Below, one piece after another: positions 61,725 to 64,000 of a stretch of 64,000 nucleotides of DNA. A program made the position numbers and the translations under genes. The notes below the pieces were generated by a model. That model was given only the letters and a program-made list of their open reading frames with translations. It was not told the DNA's origin and did no database searches. The stretch lies in contig CAZAGD010000231.1 of assembly GCA_964484485.1 (NCBI GenBank), positions 4,078 through 68,077 of the forward strand, given 5' to 3'. The DNA is from an uncultured Syntrophaceae bacterium (GTDB lineage: Bacteria; Desulfobacterota; SM23-61). The number at the start of each line of letters is the position of its first letter. Position 1 is the first letter of the stretch.

Positions 61725-62546
61725 TTATTTTCTCCGTTTCAAAATAAATTTATCCGTGGCTTTATTCCTTCTGGTTTTATAACCTTTAGTAGGCACTCCC
61801 CAAGGAGTTACCGGATGTCTTCCTCCTGAGGTTTTTCCTTCGCCTCCTCCCAAGGGATGGTCAACCGGATTCATAGCCACACCGCGCACTCGGGGATTTC
61901 TCCCCAACCAGCGGCTTCTTCCTGCTTTTCCTATAGACACATTCTCGTGATCTAAATTACTCACTTGACCAATAGTGGCATAGCACTCTAAATGGACCAT
62001 GCGCACTTCCCCAGAAGGCAATTTGATATGGGCATAATTTCCTTCTTTGGCCATTAATTGCCCATAAGTACCCGCACTGCGGATTATCTGTCCACCCTTT
62101 CCCTTTTTTAGCTCAATGTTATGGATGAGCGTCCCCAAAGGAATATTCTTCAAAGGAAGGGCATTGCCGGGTTTAATGTCGGCATTCTCCCCGGACATTA
62201 AAACCTCGCCCACTTGCAGATTATGAGGAGCTAAAATATACCTTTTCTCCCCATCCACGTAATGAAGTAAAGCAATGAAGGCCGATCTATTAGGGTCGTA
62301 CTCTATGCTGGCCACCCGGGCCGGAATACCATGCTTGTCTCTCTTAAAATCGATTATCCGGTAAAGCCTTTTGTGTCCTCCACCTATATAACGGCTGGTT
62401 ATCCGCCCATAGCAATTTCTACCACCTGTTTTCTTCAAAGGGAGGAGTAGGCTTTTCTCTGGCTCCCGCCGCGTTATTTCAGCGAAATCCAAGACAGTTT
62501 GAAATCTTCTCCCTGGTGAAGTAGGTTTATAACTCTTAATCCCCAT
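61725..62546 (-). CDS. rplB: 50S ribosomal protein L2
   Basis: [18 protein letters not shown]...[18 protein letters not shown]. Confidence 0.95.
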   Translation of the reverse strand: MGIKSYKPTSPGRRFQTVLDFAEITRREPEKSLLLPLKKTGGRNCYGRITSRYIGGGHKRLYRIIDFKRDKHGIPARVASIEYDPNRSAFIALLHYVDGEKRYILAPHNLQVGEVLMSGENADIKPGNALPLKNIPLGTLIHNIELKKGKGGQIIRSAGTYGQLMAKEGNYAHIKLPSGEVRMVHLECYATIGQVSNLDHENVSIGKAGRSRWLGRNPRVRGVAMNPVDHPLGGGEGKTSGGRHPVTPWGVPTKGYKTRRNKATDKFILKRRK

Positions 62547-62560
62547 GTTACTGTTCTCCT

Positions 62561-62851
62561 CTATACCCCTTCGAAGAATTCAATATGATCCCCAGCGCGC
62601 AAAGTAACTATAGCTTTTTTCCAATCGGGCTTCTTGCCCAGGAATCTTCCCCAACGCTTCTTTTTCCCCAGCATATTTATGGTATTTACTTTGACCACTT
62701 TTACTTTAAACAATTTTTCTACCGCCTGCCGGATCTGTATCTTATTAGCCTTAGGATCGACTAAAAAGGCTATCTGATTGGCCTCTTCTTTTTGGGCCGT
62801 ACTTTTCTCGGTAATCAAGGGCCTTTTAATTATTTGGTGGGCTTCTTTCAT
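62561..62851 (-). CDS. rplW: 50S ribosomal protein L23
   Basis: [34 protein letters not shown]. Confidence 0.95.
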   Translation of the reverse strand: MKEAHQIIKRPLITEKSTAQKEEANQIAFLVDPKANKIQIRQAVEKLFKVKVVKVNTINMLGKKKRWGRFLGKKPDWKKAIVTLRAGDHIEFFEGV

Positions 62852-63468
62852 GGGTGCAGTCTCCTCTCTAATTCCTGCAAGCTGGCCGGCGATAAGATCA
62901 AATGTTCATGACGGAGAATATCATGAACATTAAGCCCAGACAGTTCTTCTACTTGAACTCCTGGTATATTGTTGGCAGATTTTTGCAACTTTTCATCTTT
63001 TCCGACGGTAACAATCAAGGCATTCTTTACACCTAAGCCATTTAATATACTTACGAATTTCTTGGTCTTCACCTCTTCTAACTGCCAACTATCTATCACC
63101 AATAGCTTATTTTCTCTAAACTTGTAAGAAATTACCGAACGTAAGGCGGCCTGGCGAACTTTTTTGGGTAACCGATAAGCATAGTCCCGCGGGTGGGGTC
63201 CAAAAATCGTTCCTCCTCCTCGCCAAAGGGGTGAGCGGATAGAACCAGCCCGAGCTCTGCCCGTTCCTTTTTGCCTCCATGGTTTTTTACCCCCGCCGCT
63301 CACAAAGGATCTCTCTTTGGTGGCCGCGGTTCCTTTTCTCCGACCGGCCAGCAAATTCCGTATGGCCTCATATATTAAGTGCGGTTTCGCCGTTTCTTCC
63401 AAAAGGTAATCGGCCACTTCTATCTCGGCTATTTTCTGCCGCTCCAAATTGATTACATCTATTTTCAT
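62848..63468 (-). CDS. rplD: 50S ribosomal protein L4
   Basis: [18 protein letters not shown] start (ATG 63466-63468, SD GAGGA); downstream of the rplC stop (63492). Confidence 0.9.
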   Translation of the reverse strand: MKIDVINLERQKIAEIEVADYLLEETAKPHLIYEAIRNLLAGRRKGTAATKERSFVSGGGKKPWRQKGTGRARAGSIRSPLWRGGGTIFGPHPRDYAYRLPKKVRQAALRSVISYKFRENKLLVIDSWQLEEVKTKKFVSILNGLGVKNALIVTVGKDEKLQKSANNIPGVQVEELSGLNVHDILRHEHLILSPASLQELERRLHP

Positions 63469-63491
63469 GCTCTCATCCTCATGACTCAAAT

Positions 63492-64000
63492 TCATTCCTT
63501 CGCCTTTGCCGGTTTCTTCTTAGCCCCTCTTATGAATAGCAATCCGCGCGGACCCCCCGGAACTGCTCCTTTTACCAGCAGAATGTTCTGTCGGGGACGA
63601 ACATCTATTATTTCCAAATTCTGCAAAGTCACCTGCTGATTCCCCGTATGTCCCCCCATTCTCTGCCCAGGCCATACCCGGGAAGGAAAAGAGCTGGCCC
63701 CAATAGAGCCCGGTGCCCGGTGGAACATAGAACCATGAGTAGCTCGCCCACCGCGGAATCCCCACCTTTTAACTACCCCCATAAAGCCTTTCCCTTTGGA
63801 GTACCCGGTTATATCCACAAATTCTCCCACCTTGAATTCTTCTACCGTGATCACTTGGCCAACTTTATAGGCTTCGGGGTTAGAAATTCTAAATTCCTTA
63901 AGGTAGCGGAAAGCCGGAACTTGGGCTTTAGCAAAATGTCCCTGCAGGGGTTTTTTCATTTTTTTTAGATCGTCTTCCTCAAAACCCAGCTGTAAGGCTG
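63492..64000 (-). CDS. rplC: 50S ribosomal protein L3, C-terminal portion (N-terminus beyond window end)
   Basis: The reading frame stays open upstream of the ORF-table ATG (…ALQLGFEEDDLKKMKKPLQGHFAKA…), which is the canonical L3 region; no stop before position 64000. Confidence 0.9.
   Translation of the reverse strand, partial: ALQLGFEEDDLKKMKKPLQGHFAKAQVPAFRYLKEFRISNPEAYKVGQVITVEEFKVGEFVDITGYSKGKGFMGVVKRWGFRGGRATHGSMFHRAPGSIGASSFPSRVWPGQRMGGHTGNQQVTLQNLEIIDVRPRQNILLVKGAVPGGPRGLLFIRGAKKKPAKAKE

Overview
This is a 64 kb chromosomal segment at about 45% GC, probably from a diderm bacterium (an LptD gene is present) whose ribosomal and ECF gene order resembles Firmicutes. The content is almost entirely housekeeping.

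Gene content, in window order:
- A heat-shock cluster on the minus strand: htrA, rpoH, hsp20 and clpB.
- Two RraA-like paralogs.
- An aminotransferase and glpK.
- A three-gene acyl-CoA module (a CoA-transferase::GNAT fusion, an ADP-forming acyl-CoA synthetase, and a Pta-N-like DRTGG protein), with a divergent cupin-XRE regulator.
- A desulforedoxin-like mini-protein.
- rplM-rpsI, then argC.
- A CaiB-family CoA-transferase paired with a second alpha-only acyl-CoA synthetase paralog.
- ligA and acyP.
- An iron/thiamine-type ABC importer.
- pcm, apgM, an RlmI-like methyltransferase, an OYE flavoenzyme, a molybdopterin oxidoreductase, lptD, folC and accD.
- A split ECF ATPase pair.
- The alpha, spc and S10 ribosomal operons on the minus strand, running from rplQ and rpoA down to rplC, which is cut by the window end.

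No CRISPR array, transposase, integrase, rRNA or tRNA gene was found.

The structure not explained by genes is:
- A roughly 225 bp structured repeat family with two full copies and one degenerate copy.
- A roughly 25 bp AT-rich motif, AATTTAAAAA-N-TGATCGACGGTCA, recurring in at least eight intergenic sites.
- A roughly 320 bp long inverted-repeat element downstream of the RlmI-like methyltransferase gene.
- An ecfA paralog whose homology-supported N-terminus lacks any canonical start codon.
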